DNA of 64,000 nt from contig JBNJFC010000001.1 in the NCBI GenBank assembly GCA_051746485.1, forward strand, positions 15,002 through 79,001. The letters run 5' to 3'. This DNA comes from Pseudomonadota bacterium. GTDB taxonomy: Bacteria > Pseudomonadota > Gammaproteobacteria > Pseudomonadales > Halomonadaceae. The notes under the pieces are model-generated. The model was given only the letters and a program-made list of their open reading frames with translations. It searched no databases and was not told the origin of the DNA. Of this stretch, positions 19,115 through 30,290 are shown piece after piece. How positions within the stretch are numbered: position 1 is the first letter of the stretch; the number at the start of each line of letters is the position of its first letter. Position numbers and translations under genes: made by a program.

Positions 19115-21787
19115 TCAACTGGTCAGCGGGTTGGGCTTGGATGGGTCGATGGCGTACTTTTTCAGCGCCTCGCCCACTCGCTTACGCTCGATATCGCCAC
19201 GATCCGCCAGCGCTTTCAGTGCCGCCACGGTGACGAAGTAGCGATCCACTTCAAAGAAGTAGCGCAGCTTCTCGCGGGTATCCGAACGGCCAAAACCGTC
19301 GGTGCCAAGCACGCTGTAGTCGGTGGGTACCCAAGCGCGCACCTGATCAGCGTAGAGCTTCATGTAGTCGGTGGCGGCAATCGCTGGACCATCGCGACCT
19401 TCCAAACACTGGGTAACGTGCGGCTTAGGTGCTTCATCGTCTGGGTTTAAGAAAGCGGTCCGTTCAATCAGCAGTGCTTCGCGGCGCAGCTCATTAAAGC
19501 TGGGCACGCTCCAAATATCAGCACCCACGCCCCAGTCGTTTTCCAAGAGCTCGGCGGCCGCTTCGACTTCACGCAGGATGGTGCCAGAGCCCATCAGCTG
19601 AACGCGGCCTTTTTTACCTTTCGTTTCGCGCAGCAAATACATGCCTTTAACGATATCATCGGCAGGCACGTCGTCGAGTGCCGGATGCTCGTAGTTTTCG
19701 TTCATCACGGTCAGGTAGTAGAAGCAGTTCTCCTTATCAGTGAACATGCGCTTCAAACCATCCTGCATGATGACCGCCACTTCGTGACCGTACGTCGGGT
19801 CGTAGCTACGGCAGTTGGGGATGGTGGAGGCCTGAATCAAGCTATGACCATCTTGGTGCTGCAAGCCTTCACCGTTGAGCGTGGTACGCCCGGCGGTGCC
19901 GCCGACCATAAAGCCGCGTGCCTGCAGATCACCCGCCGCCCAAGCGAGATCGCCAATACGCTGGAAGCCGAACATGGAGTAGTACACATAAAACGGCAAA
20001 AGTGGCAAATTGTGGTTGCTGTAGGACGTCGCCGCCGCAATCCACGCCGACATCGCCCCGGCTTCGCTGATGCCTTCTTCGAGGATTTGGCCCTTCTTAT
20101 CCTCGCGGTAGAACATGATCTGGCCTTTATCGACCGGCTCGTACTTCTGGCCTTCTGAGGTGTAGATGCCGAGCTGGCGGAACATGCCTTCCATGCCGAA
20201 GGTGCGCGCCTCATCGGGAATGATGGGCACCACCTGCTTACCGATTTTCTTGTCTTTGACCAAGCCGTTGAGAATCCGCACAAAGGCCATAGTGGTCGAG
20301 ACTTCACGCCCTTTGGAGCCACCCATCTGCGAGGCAAAGGTTTTATCCTCCAGCGCCGGGATCGGCAGCGACTCAAAGTCTGCGCGGCGCTGGGGCAGGT
20401 AGCCACCGAGACGTTCGCGCTGCAAGTGCATGTATTTAAGCTCGGGGGAGTCATCATCCGGCTTGTAATAAGGCACTTCTTTGAGCTGCTCATCGGTGAG
20501 CGGAATACCGAAGCGATCACGGAATGTCTTCAGCGCTTCGTGCTCCATGCTCTTGACCTGGTGCGCTTCGTTGGCCGCTTCGCCATCGCCGCTACCCATG
20601 CCGTAGCCTTTCACCGTATGCGCGAGAATGACCGTCGGCTTGCCAGCAGCGTTGTTTACCGCTTCGTGATAAGCCGCATACACCTTGAACGGGTCATGGC
20701 CGCCACGGTTGAGCTTCCAGATGTCCTCGTCGGACATATTGTTGACCATGGCTTCGGTTTCGGGATACTTGCCGAAGAAATGCTCGCGGGTATAGCCACC
20801 GCCGTTGGCTTTGTAGTTCTGGTACTCGCCGTCGACCGCTTCGTCCATGCGCTTTTGCAGCACGCCTTTTTTATCTTGCTCGAACAGCGGATCCCAATGG
20901 CGTCCCCAGACGACCTTCAACACGTTCCAACCCGCCCCGCGGAAGACGCCTTCGAGCTCGTCCATCACGCGCGAGTTACCACGCACTGGGCCATCAAGAC
21001 GCTGCAGGTTACAGTTGATCACGAAGATCAGGTTATCGAGATTTTCGCGTCCGGCCAGCGAGATCGCGCCGAGGGATTCCGGCTCGTCGCACTCGCCATC
21101 GCCCATGAAGCACCAGATCTTGCGATCCTGCATGTCCTTCATTTCACGCGAATCAAGATACTTCATGACGTGGGCTTGGTAGATCGCCATGATCGGCCCC
21201 AAGCCCATGGACACCGTGGGGAACTGCCAGTAATCCGGCATCAGCCACGGGTGCGGGTAAGACGAAAGACCACCGCCGTCAACTTCCTGACGGAATTTGT
21301 CCATCTGCTCTTCGTTTAACCGGCCCTCCAGGAATGAACGCGCGTAGATACCGGGCGCAACGTGCCCCTGAATGTAAACCAGGTCACCTTCGAAATCGCC
21401 GTTGGGCGCGCGGAAGAAGTGGTTAAAGCCGACATCGTAAAGCGTCGCGGAGGACATAAAGCTGGCAATATGCCCACCCAAACCGGGTTTGGCGCGGTTA
21501 TTACGAATGACCTGCGCGATCGCGTTGTAGCGAATTAAGGAGCGGATGCGGCGCTCCATAAACAGATCGCCCGGCATCGGCGCTTCACGGTGAACGGGAA
21601 GCGTATTGCGGTGCGGGGTCGTCACTGAGAAGGGCACCTTCATACCGTCTCGGCGCATACGATCCGCCAAGCGGGTCATCAGGTAGCGGGCGCGCTCTTC
21701 GCCCTCACGATCCAGTACCGATTCCAGGGATTCTAGCCACTCCGTGGTTTCGGTCGGATCGAGATCTTCTCTTGTCTCCAGACTCAT
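19115..21787 (-). CDS. aceE: Pyruvate dehydrogenase E1 (homodimeric type)
   Basis: DLDPTETTEWL, SSYPHPWLMP, GDGECDEPE (TPP-binding). Likely start is ATG 21787 with SD GGAG. Confidence 0.97.
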   Translation of the reverse strand: MSLETREDLDPTETTEWLESLESVLDREGEERARYLMTRLADRMRRDGMKVPFSVTTPHRNTLPVHREAPMPGDLFMERRIRSLIRYNAIAQVIRNNRAKPGLGGHIASFMSSATLYDVGFNHFFRAPNGDFEGDLVYIQGHVAPGIYARSFLEGRLNEEQMDKFRQEVDGGGLSSYPHPWLMPDYWQFPTVSMGLGPIMAIYQAHVMKYLDSREMKDMQDRKIWCFMGDGECDEPESLGAISLAGRENLDNLIFVINCNLQRLDGPVRGNSRVMDELEGVFRGAGWNVLKVVWGRHWDPLFEQDKKGVLQKRMDEAVDGEYQNYKANGGGYTREHFFGKYPETEAMVNNMSDEDIWKLNRGGHDPFKVYAAYHEAVNNAAGKPTVILAHTVKGYGMGSGDGEAANEAHQVKSMEHEALKTFRDRFGIPLTDEQLKEVPYYKPDDDSPELKYMHLQRERLGGYLPQRRADFESLPIPALEDKTFASQMGGSKGREVSTTMAFVRILNGLVKDKKIGKQVVPIIPDEARTFGMEGMFRQLGIYTSEGQKYEPVDKGQIMFYREDKKGQILEEGISEAGAMSAWIAAATSYSNHNLPLLPFYVYYSMFGFQRIGDLAWAAGDLQARGFMVGGTAGRTTLNGEGLQHQDGHSLIQASTIPNCRSYDPTYGHEVAVIMQDGLKRMFTDKENCFYYLTVMNENYEHPALDDVPADDIVKGMYLLRETKGKKGRVQLMGSGTILREVEAAAELLENDWGVGADIWSVPSFNELRREALLIERTAFLNPDDEAPKPHVTQCLEGRDGPAIAATDYMKLYADQVRAWVPTDYSVLGTDGFGRSDTREKLRYFFEVDRYFVTVAALKALADRGDIERKRVGEALKKYAIDPSKPNPLTS

Positions 21788-21957
21788 AGAGGTCTCTCCG
21801 AATGACGATAAATGACAGTGACCCCCGCTAACCGCTAGGGGTCTAGGCATGCGGCCTTCATCGGCTGCCGCAAACCCATCACCACCGGCACAGTGGCCAG
21901 CGTGAGGAAGTTTTTTCTCTACATTCAAGACATTAAGTAGTACTTAGTGCATCTTGA

Positions 21958-21974
21958 ATGTAGTTAAGCTACAT
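21958..21974. promoter_or_regulatory. Putative HexR/RccR (RpiR-family) operator, proximal copy
   Basis: Palindrome ATGTAGTTAAGCTACAT upstream of aceE. Confidence 0.6.
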
Positions 21975-22133
21975 AATGTTGGTTAAAATTAGTCTTTTGT
22001 ATCGCTGAAGATACCGCAAAGTGGCCGCGCTGCCAATTGCAAAAAACGGCAAAATCTGCCCAAAAACAACATATTGCACCGCAGCATAAGCACTTTTTAA
22101 CGTAAGTGCGGCAGGCCGCCACTTAGGTCACAA

Positions 22134-22149
22134 ATGTAGTTAAACTACC
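22134..22149. promoter_or_regulatory. Putative HexR/RccR operator, distal copy
   Basis: ATGTAGTTAAACTACC, a near-copy of the proximal box 176 bp away. Confidence 0.55.
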
Positions 22150-22168
22150 GTTTTATTGTCGACCGCGT

Positions 22169-22777
22169 TCATTCGTTACCTCTGACCAATCGCTGACGGA
22201 AGTAAGCCCAATCGAACGCGGGGCCGGGGTCCGTCTTACGCAGCGGCGCAACGTGTGCGTGGCTGGTGATGCGTTTGGAGTCAAGTGCGGGATAGCGCGC
22301 CATCAACCAGGTAACGAGCTGCGCTAAGGTGGTGTACTGCGCCTTAGTGAAGGGCGTCGCGTCGTCGCCTTCAAGCTCGATACCCAACGAAAAGTCATTG
22401 AGCGCTTGGCGCGTCTCCCCTTGCCGCGCATCCCACCAGCGTGATCGCCCCGCATGCCACGCGCGGCGCTGCGTATCCACAAACTGCACGCATTCCCCCC
22501 CGCGGCGAATCAAAAAGTGCGCCGACACGCGAAGCGATGCAATGCTGGCGAAAAAAGAATGATCATTAGGCGCAAGGCGATTGGTGAACAGCGCCTCAAT
22601 GGCATCGCCACCAAACTGACCCGGCGGCAAACTGATGGCGTGCAGCACAACCAACGAAACGTCGCCATTGGGGCGCTCATCCGCGTTAGGCGATTCCACA
22701 ACCCGCGCCTTGGGCCACCACGTCGCGCTTTGTGAAAAATCGTCTTTTGAAGAATTCTCTTGTGAAGAACTGACCAC
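22169..22777 (-). CDS. ampD: 1,6-anhydro-N-acetylmuramyl-L-alanine amidase
   Basis: VLHAISLPPGQFGG, VSAHFLI, RAWHAG, NDFSLGIELEG and RKTDPGPAFDW. GTG 22777 has SD GGAG. Confidence 0.95.
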   Translation of the reverse strand: MVSSSQENSSKDDFSQSATWWPKARVVESPNADERPNGDVSLVVLHAISLPPGQFGGDAIEALFTNRLAPNDHSFFASIASLRVSAHFLIRRGGECVQFVDTQRRAWHAGRSRWWDARQGETRQALNDFSLGIELEGDDATPFTKAQYTTLAQLVTWLMARYPALDSKRITSHAHVAPLRKTDPGPAFDWAYFRQRLVRGNE

Positions 22778-22837
22778 TCGGCACTCCTGTTCCCTGTTTC
22801 GCACGCCTATGACGTTACGTGCGTTCTTTCACTATAA

Positions 22838-23734
<897 letters not shown>

Positions 23735-23790
23735 GCCGACTTTTATAAAAGCACCGTGGAAGCCTCTGGCTGAGATCGTTATTGAGAGGA

Positions 23791-24318
23791 TCAGGTCTCC
23801 ACGGCGAGCAGCGGCTTGCGCAAGTGGAAGCGCTGTAACTGCGCGCCGCCGCGTTCTACCCATCGTTCGCCGAGGTTTTGCCAGCCGCGCCGCTCTAAAC
23901 GTTCATACAGCAAGAGGCTCGCTTCAATCTCAATGGCCCCGCGCCCGGCTTCTAACAGCAACCGTTCGGCGTGGATAAGCAAGGTAGTGCCGATACCACG
24001 CCCGGTAAGCGATGGCCAAACGTAGAGCGTCTCGACGCGCCCAACGATTGTGTCGAGTTCCAAGAATCCCACACATCGACCATCGCAGGTTGCCACCAGG
24101 ACCGTGTAAAGCGGATGCCGCGCCGCCCAGGCGCTGGCTTCACGCGGCAGCACATTCGCCCAGGCACGCCGCTCAGTTAGTGAGTAGTGATTCGCAGCAC
24201 CTTGCATCACCGCATGGTAGAACACTTCAGCTTGATCGGCGGCATCACGCGCCAGCGCTTGTCGATACACGACGCGCGGCGCGACCGTCGATGGAGACGG
24301 TGCTAACGCTTCGGTCAT
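23791..24318 (-). CDS. GNAT-family N-acetyltransferase
   Basis: LYVWPSLTGRGIGTTLL acetyl-CoA-binding motif A. Confidence 0.85.
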   Translation of the reverse strand: MTEALAPSPSTVAPRVVYRQALARDAADQAEVFYHAVMQGAANHYSLTERRAWANVLPREASAWAARHPLYTVLVATCDGRCVGFLELDTIVGRVETLYVWPSLTGRGIGTTLLIHAERLLLEAGRGAIEIEASLLLYERLERRGWQNLGERWVERGGAQLQRFHLRKPLLAVET

Positions 24319-24431
24319 AATTGCCTCGTTGTATCTTGCCTATCCGATAGAAGAACCCAACTTACCTTATACTGACACACGCTTCACACCCCTTTGCGCG
24401 TATTTTGACGCCTTTACCCTCTAACGATGGA

Positions 24432-25163
24432 ATGAACGAAGCGATGGATTTCACCCTCTCGCCGATTGGCTACATCGATAGCGACTACCCGGATAAATTT
24501 GGTGTGCCGCGCCAACCCGGCCTTACCCCCGCGGCTAGCGCTACGTTGACGCTCGTCGCGCCCTATAACGACCCGCTTAGCGTGCGCGGGTTGGAAACGG
24601 TCAGTCACCTCTGGGTCAGTTTTATTTTCCACCAGAACCCGCCCACATGGAGCCCGCTGGTGCGCCCACCGCGCTTAGGCGGCAACCGGAAGGTCGGGGT
24701 TTTTGCCAGCCGTAGCCCCAATCGGCCTAACCGTTTGGGGCTCTCCCTTCTCGCGCTTAAGCATATTGATACCCAGCGCGGTGTACGCCTCACCCTTGCT
24801 GGCTGCGACTTGGTAAGTGGCACCCCAGTGTTGGATATCAAGCCTTATCTGCCGTGGGCAGAAGCCAAGCCTGATGCCAGCGCTGGGTTTGCCCCAACCC
24901 CACCGCCAAATGTTGACGTCGTCTTTCAGCCACAGGCGCTAAACGTGCTCGCGCAGCGCGATGATAGCGACTCGCTACAAGCGCTGATTACGCAAGTGCT
25001 TAGCCAAGACCCACGCCCGGCGTACCAACGGGATGCCGCAAGCGAGCGCATCTACGGCGTAAGGTTACGCGATGTGGACGTTAAGTTTCAGGCATGGGAT
25101 CACAAAGCCGCTGACAACAAAAAGGCCACAACCTTAGCAGTTGTGGCCATTGAAGCGGTATAA
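24432..25163 (+). CDS. tsaA: tRNA m6t6A37 methyltransferase TrmO
   Basis: KFGVPRQPGL, VRPPRLGGN..GVFASRSPNRPNRLGLS, GTPVLDIKPY and QDPRPAY. Start may be 24405, 24432 or 24444. Confidence 0.93.
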   Translation: MNEAMDFTLSPIGYIDSDYPDKFGVPRQPGLTPAASATLTLVAPYNDPLSVRGLETVSHLWVSFIFHQNPPTWSPLVRPPRLGGNRKVGVFASRSPNRPNRLGLSLLALKHIDTQRGVRLTLAGCDLVSGTPVLDIKPYLPWAEAKPDASAGFAPTPPPNVDVVFQPQALNVLAQRDDSDSLQALITQVLSQDPRPAYQRDAASERIYGVRLRDVDVKFQAWDHKAADNKKATTLAVVAIEAV

Positions 25164-25177
25164 AACGGAAAGCTCAC

Positions 25178-25894
25178 TTATGCCGGAAAGGTAATACCGA
25201 TACGGCGGCCCACCTCTTCGTAAGCCTCGATCACGCCGCCAAGTCCTTGGCGGAAGCGGTCCTTATCCATTTTTTCCCGCGTATCGGCATCCCATAGGCG
25301 GCAACCGTCGGGGGAGAACTCATCTCCCAGAATGACCTGGCCATTGAAAACGCCAAACTCCAGCTTGTAATCCACCAAGAGCATACCGCCTTCGGCAAAT
25401 AGCTGCTTAAGCACGTGATTGACCTTAAACGTGAGGTCTTTCATTTTTGTCAGTTGCTCAGGCTTGGCCCAGCCGAAGGTCTCCGCCAGCGACTCGTTAA
25501 TCATCGGGTCGCCTTTCTCGTCGTTTTTCAAAAACAGTTCGAACGTAGGCGGCGTAAGAGTCATGCCCTCCTCCACACCTAGGCGTTTCACCAGGCTACC
25601 GGCGGCAATATTACGCACCACGCACTCCACCGGAACCATTTCCATCTTCTTGACAAGGCTTTCGGTGTTCGAGAGGCGCTTTTCAAAGTGCGTCGGAATG
25701 CCAGCGTCTTCAAGGCGCTCCATAATAAAGGCGTTAAAGACATTGTTGACTAGGCCTTTTCGCGCAAGCGCCTCTTTCTTTTTACCATCGAAGGCACTGG
25801 TATCGTCGCGAAAGTGGAGTACCAGCAAATCAGGATCGTCGGTGGTATATACAGACTTTGCCTTACCGGCATAAAGTTCTTGGCGCTTTTCCAT
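25178..25894 (-). CDS. purC: SAICAR synthase
   Basis: [38 protein letters not shown] and DKDRFR. Confidence 0.98.
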   Translation of the reverse strand: MEKRQELYAGKAKSVYTTDDPDLLVLHFRDDTSAFDGKKKEALARKGLVNNVFNAFIMERLEDAGIPTHFEKRLSNTESLVKKMEMVPVECVVRNIAAGSLVKRLGVEEGMTLTPPTFELFLKNDEKGDPMINESLAETFGWAKPEQLTKMKDLTFKVNHVLKQLFAEGGMLLVDYKLEFGVFNGQVILGDEFSPDGCRLWDADTREKMDKDRFRQGLGGVIEAYEEVGRRIGITFPA

Positions 25895-25927
25895 GAAGGC
25901 TCCGAGAGAGTCGAAGGGGTAAATAAT

Positions 25928-26926
25928 TTAGCGTAAATAACCAGCCACGCGCTCTAACAACTCGCGCTGATGCTCGGCGCTGAGATCACGTTCACCAGAA
26001 TTTTGCGCACGCAGCACGACCTGTTCGCCACGGGGTTCAAGCGTCAGGCGCACCCGGTAGGGCGAGGTATTGGTCAATGGGTTCATCATCCGCGTCCACA
26101 ACCCGAAGTCACGCAGCTCGCGCGGCGTGTAGTCCACCACAAAGGCATAGTCCGATGGGCGCGCTTCAATCAGCTCGCGTTGGCCTTCAACGTCAAAATC
26201 CAATGCAAGAAAATGGTCAAGCTCTGCCCAAACGCGGTCGGCCTGATACGGAATGTTTACCGCCCACTGCCCACCTTCTTGGCGGAACGCCAGCGACTTT
26301 TGATCGGCATAGCGCTGCGCATTGAGCGACGATGACAGCGTCCCCTCGGTACTGGCGCGCGCGCTGAGGTAGTCGTCAAGCGCGTTAAGGCAGCTCGCAA
26401 GCGATGTGCCTTGTTGCTCACAACGTACTTCGCTGTGCCCGGCACGCAATGCGCTTTGCAGGCTGATTTGCCCCTGCGCCAAGTTGATAACCCCTTGTGA
26501 GGGGCTGACACGGGTCACATCAACCGGCTGGGAGCGCACAAACGACTCAAGCAGCGGCCAAACCGTGCCCGCATCTGCCGCAACCACCAACCAGCGTTGA
26601 TCACCAATTTCTCGCGACTCTACAAACGCTGATTCGATGCCGCCGGCAAGGGTAAGCGGCTGCGGCGGGCGCACATCGCTGGGTTCACTTAAACGCGATG
26701 GGCTCGTCACCTCGGGCACTGGCAGCGCATCACCAAAGCGCTGGGGGTTGCGGCTTTCGGGCAGGCTCAGCGGGGATCCCGGCTCGACATCGACATAATC
26801 GAGGTTGCGATCATCATAGAAGCCTTCCCGCGCGCAGCCTGACAGCGCCATCGCCGTTACCAGTGCCAGCGGGATCCATTTAAGCGCGGGGGTTTTAAAC
26901 GCCGAGATTTTAAGCGCAGAACTCAT
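25928..26926 (-). CDS. bamC: BamC/NlpB-like outer-membrane lipoprotein
   Basis: Lipobox LSG-C, DRNLDY and QRWLVV; conserved position between dapA and purC. Confidence 0.75.
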   Translation of the reverse strand: MSSALKISAFKTPALKWIPLALVTAMALSGCAREGFYDDRNLDYVDVEPGSPLSLPESRNPQRFGDALPVPEVTSPSRLSEPSDVRPPQPLTLAGGIESAFVESREIGDQRWLVVAADAGTVWPLLESFVRSQPVDVTRVSPSQGVINLAQGQISLQSALRAGHSEVRCEQQGTSLASCLNALDDYLSARASTEGTLSSSLNAQRYADQKSLAFRQEGGQWAVNIPYQADRVWAELDHFLALDFDVEGQRELIEARPSDYAFVVDYTPRELRDFGLWTRMMNPLTNTSPYRVRLTLEPRGEQVVLRAQNSGERDLSAEHQRELLERVAGYLR

Positions 26927-27003
26927 CAAGCCACCTTAGTATTCAAAAAATGGGGGCCAGGCACACGCTTTAGCACCAAGCCAACGTGAACGCCTCGACA
27001 GGA

Positions 27004-27888
27004 TTATTCTTCAACCACACCGGCAAGCTGAAGCGCCTCACTCACGGTGGCGTGATACTTTTCGGATAACCACGTCAGGGGTAAGCGGATGCCGGCATCG
27101 GCGTAGCCCATGCGATTGAGCGCCCATTTCACCGGAATCGGGTTGGATTCAATGCCCAAGTTGGTGTGCAGCGGCATTAAACGGGTGTTGATCTGGTGCG
27201 CTTTGTCAGCATCCCCGGACACCGCGGCGGCACAAAGATCGTGCATCGCTTTAGGAGCGACATTGGCCGTCACCGAAATATCGCCGTGGCCGCCCATCAG
27301 CATGAAATCACAGGCAGTGGCGTCGTCACCGGAGTAAAGCATAAAGCCGCTACCTTTCACGCGGCTGACCAAATCTTCAGCGCGCTCCAGGTTACCGGTG
27401 GCGTCTTTCAGGCCGATAATATTCTCTATCTCGGCCAAGCGGACTACGGTTTCATTGTAGAGATCGGAGCAGGTACGGCCCGGCACGTTGTACATAATCA
27501 CCGGCAGTTTGCTGCCTTCGGCTACCGCTTTGAAGTGCTGGTACAAGCCTTCTTGGGTCGGCTTGTTGTAGTAGGGGCAAACCGAGAGGCAGTAATCCGC
27601 ACCCACCTCTGAAGCGTATCGCGCCAGCTCCACCGCTTCGGAGGTAGCGTTTGCGCCCGTACCGGCGATCACGGGAATACGTCCGTTGACTTCTTCCACG
27701 ACGCTTCGAATCACGTCAAAGTGCTCGGCAAATGACATAGTCGTGGGCTCGCCGGTTGTCCCTGCGGCCACAATGCCATCGGTACCGTTTTCAAGGTGGA
27801 AGTTCACCAGACGACGAAGCGCCTCCCAGTCGATGTCGCCATTGACTTTCATCGGCGTCGCTAGGGCGACAATGCTGCCTGTGATCAT
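27004..27888 (-). CDS. dapA: 4-hydroxy-tetrahydrodipicolinate synthase
   Basis: [29 protein letters not shown] and NPIPVK. ATG 27888. Confidence 0.98.
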   Translation of the reverse strand: MITGSIVALATPMKVNGDIDWEALRRLVNFHLENGTDGIVAAGTTGEPTTMSFAEHFDVIRSVVEEVNGRIPVIAGTGANATSEAVELARYASEVGADYCLSVCPYYNKPTQEGLYQHFKAVAEGSKLPVIMYNVPGRTCSDLYNETVVRLAEIENIIGLKDATGNLERAEDLVSRVKGSGFMLYSGDDATACDFMLMGGHGDISVTANVAPKAMHDLCAAAVSGDADKAHQINTRLMPLHTNLGIESNPIPVKWALNRMGYADAGIRLPLTWLSEKYHATVSEALQLAGVVEE

Positions 27889-28126
27889 CCGTTTTTTCCT
27901 CAACGTCAAATAAGGGTATGCGTGCGCCGCTTGTGGGCGAACAATAAGTGCAAATGGTACTCAGGCGACTCGACCCTGTACAGCGCAAAGCGGCCGGCTT
28001 GGGCATATTTCACTAGCGCGCTTCCATTATGCTCAGTCGCGCGTGGTGTTTTGGGTGCTTAACTTTGACAGCGCAACGCTACTTGCGTGTAATCATACGG
28101 TCTTTGACCTTAATAAGGAGTCCGCT

Positions 28127-28597
28127 ATGAGCGTTGAGATTGGCCAACCCGTTCCTGATTTTTCCGCCCCGGCTACCGGCGATAAAACCGTTACGCTATC
28201 CGAACTACGCGGTCAGCAAGTGGTGGTGTACTTCTACCCTAAAGCCAGCACCCCTGGCTGCACCACGGAGGGCGGCGACTTTCGCGACCGCAAACCGCAG
28301 TTTGACGCCGCTAATACAGTGATTATTGGCGTCTCGCGCGATGGCATTCGTGCCCAAGAGAATTTTAAAGCCAAGCAAGATTTCAACTTTGACCTGATTT
28401 CGGACAAAGACGAAACCGTCTGCCAGCTATTTGACGTCATCAAGCTCAAAAAGATGTACGGCAAAGAACATCTGGGCATTGAGCGCAGCACGTTTTTGAT
28501 CGACTCGGACGGCAAACTCGCGCAAGAGTGGCGCGGTGTCAAAGTACCCGGTCACGTGGATGAGGTGTTAGACGCAGCGAAAGCGCTCGACAACTGA
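28127..28597 (+). CDS. bcp: Peroxiredoxin Bcp/PrxQ
   Basis: YFYPKASTPGCTTE and GIERSTFLID. ATG 28127 with SD AAGGAG. Confidence 0.93.
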   Translation: MSVEIGQPVPDFSAPATGDKTVTLSELRGQQVVVYFYPKASTPGCTTEGGDFRDRKPQFDAANTVIIGVSRDGIRAQENFKAKQDFNFDLISDKDETVCQLFDVIKLKKMYGKEHLGIERSTFLIDSDGKLAQEWRGVKVPGHVDEVLDAAKALDN

Positions 28598-28652
28598 TCA
28601 CTAACAGATCACTTAACAACTGAGTATTCAACAACTAAGCACTCAACAAGCT
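28581..28652. repeat. Degenerate ~15-bp tandem repeat resembling the 3' end of bcp
   Basis: AAGCGCTCGACAACT (last codons)/GATCACTAACA/GATCACTTAACAACT/GAGTATTCAACAACT/AAGCACTCAACAAGCT. Confidence 0.8.
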
Positions 28653-28679
28653 AGGCACACAGCCCTTTATAACCTCAGT

Positions 28680-28711
28680 GGTCAACGTGCGACAGCATTC
28701 GCACATTGACC
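28680..28711. terminator. Hairpin between convergent bcp and perM
   Basis: GGTCAACGTGCGA-CAGCAT-TCGCACATTGACC. Confidence 0.55.
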
Positions 28712-28714
28712 GCG

Positions 28715-29839
28715 CTAAAGCGCTGCCGGCTCATCTTCTTTTACGCGTTGAGGCACGCTCTTTCCTCGCCCTTCACCGCGGTCATGTAACCCACGCGGCC
28801 ACGCATATACCAGCGCTTTAAGCAGCGTTGCCAATGGGATGGCGAAAAAAATGCCCCAAAACCCCCAAATCCCGCCAAAAAACAGCACAGCGACAATAAT
28901 CGAGACCGGGTGAATATTGTTCGTTTCCGAAAACAGAATCGGTGATAGCACATTGCCGTCAAGCGCCTGAATGACACCGTAGGCAATCAACACATAAACA
29001 AACGCATCACTAATACCGAAGTGAAAGCCTGCCACCGCCGCCACCGGAAGCGTGGCCACCGCCGCGCCGATATAGGGCACAAGTACGGAAAAACCCACTA
29101 ACACCGCTAAAAGCGCCGAATACGGCAAACCAAAATAGGCAAAGGTGAAAAACGCGACCGACCCCACGATAATGATTTCAATGAACTTACCGCGAATGTA
29201 GTTGGCGATTTGTGCATCCATTTCGTGCCAGATGCGCGTCATTAAATCGCGCTTTTGGGGGAGCAATGAAAGGATAAACCCCACCAACTTGTCGCGATCC
29301 TTGAGCATGAAAAAGACCAGAATAGGCACTAAAACAAGGTAGATGATCAGCGCCATAATGTTGCCAAGCGAAGCCAACGAAAGCGTTAATGCCCGCTGCC
29401 CTAGCTGGCTGATTTCGCGGCTGGCAACGCCAATCCAACTCTGCATTTGATCCGGCGTGATCAAGTTGGGGTAGCGCGACTGCAGCGCATCCAACCAATC
29501 TTGGCCACTGGCAAACATTCTGGGCGTCTCTTGCACCAGCCCCACCAGCTGGTTCCAAATTAACGGCATGAGAATGAACGCCAAGGTCAACAAGACACTA
29601 ATAAAAGCCAAGAAGACGATCAATACGGCCAGCAGGTGCGGCACACGTCGGCGCGTTAACGCGCTCACCGCCCCCTGCAGCAGAAAGGCAATAATCAACG
29701 CCGTAAAAAACGGTGCCAACATGCGACCAAACCAGATAATGGCCGCAAAACCTGCGACCAATACCAGCAGCAGGATGATCGCTTCCTCATCAGAAAAATA
29801 GCGCTCTATCCAACTTTTAAAGATAGTGCGCATGGTCAT
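28715..29839 (-). CDS. perM: AI-2E family transporter (PerM-like)
   Basis: LVFFMLKD, NYIRGK, VPYIG, QALDGN and FFAIPLA; multiple TM segments. Confidence 0.88.
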   Translation of the reverse strand: MTMRTIFKSWIERYFSDEEAIILLLVLVAGFAAIIWFGRMLAPFFTALIIAFLLQGAVSALTRRRVPHLLAVLIVFLAFISVLLTLAFILMPLIWNQLVGLVQETPRMFASGQDWLDALQSRYPNLITPDQMQSWIGVASREISQLGQRALTLSLASLGNIMALIIYLVLVPILVFFMLKDRDKLVGFILSLLPQKRDLMTRIWHEMDAQIANYIRGKFIEIIIVGSVAFFTFAYFGLPYSALLAVLVGFSVLVPYIGAAVATLPVAAVAGFHFGISDAFVYVLIAYGVIQALDGNVLSPILFSETNNIHPVSIIVAVLFFGGIWGFWGIFFAIPLATLLKALVYAWPRGLHDRGEGRGKSVPQRVKEDEPAAL

Positions 29840-30099
29840 GGCGCACTCACCCCAGCCTTACGAATCCAGTAATAATAGATGCCTTCACGCTCCTCACGTG
29901 CTTCTAACGTATGTGCACTCTGCTCAGTGAATGACGCCATATCGCGCCATGAACCGGCATCGGTTGCGCGCACCTCAAGCAGTTTACCTTCTTCTAACGA
30001 GGCCAACCTTTGTTTTGCTTTGAGTAGCGGTAGCGGACAGTGCAAACCGCTCGCATCCAACAGCGCATCAGGCTCGCCGATACTACGTGATTCCGTCAT
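29836..30099 (-). CDS. TusA-family sulfurtransferase
   Basis: LDASGLHCPLPLLKAK (CPxP) motif. Start may be 30099 or 30114. Confidence 0.88.
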   Translation of the reverse strand: MTESRSIGEPDALLDASGLHCPLPLLKAKQRLASLEEGKLLEVRATDAGSWRDMASFTEQSAHTLEAREEREGIYYYWIRKAGVSAP

Positions 30100-30290
30100 C
30101 GTCTCTTTCGACATTCCCAACCCCGCTATATTGTGCATTTATGTGGCATGATGCGAGACATCAATACCCAAAGCCAAACGGTTACGATTTAACGGCACTT
30201 CTCACCGTGAATCAATGTCATATTATTGGCTACGCCGTCGTCAACACGGCTGACGTAACCCCGCTGCTTACTACCATGCAAGAGGATGCT

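Noticed and set aside
17190-21319. Long antisense ORFs (220-300 aa) over aceF and aceE
   Set aside because: These are expected from codon bias in GC-rich, highly expressed genes and show no SD or domain motifs.
21788-21928. 47-aa N-terminal extension of AceE (also the extended starts of bepA, radD, tadA, bcp and hslV in the track)
   Set aside because: Upstream in-frame starts lack an SD or overlap neighbouring genes. Downstream starts match family N-termini.
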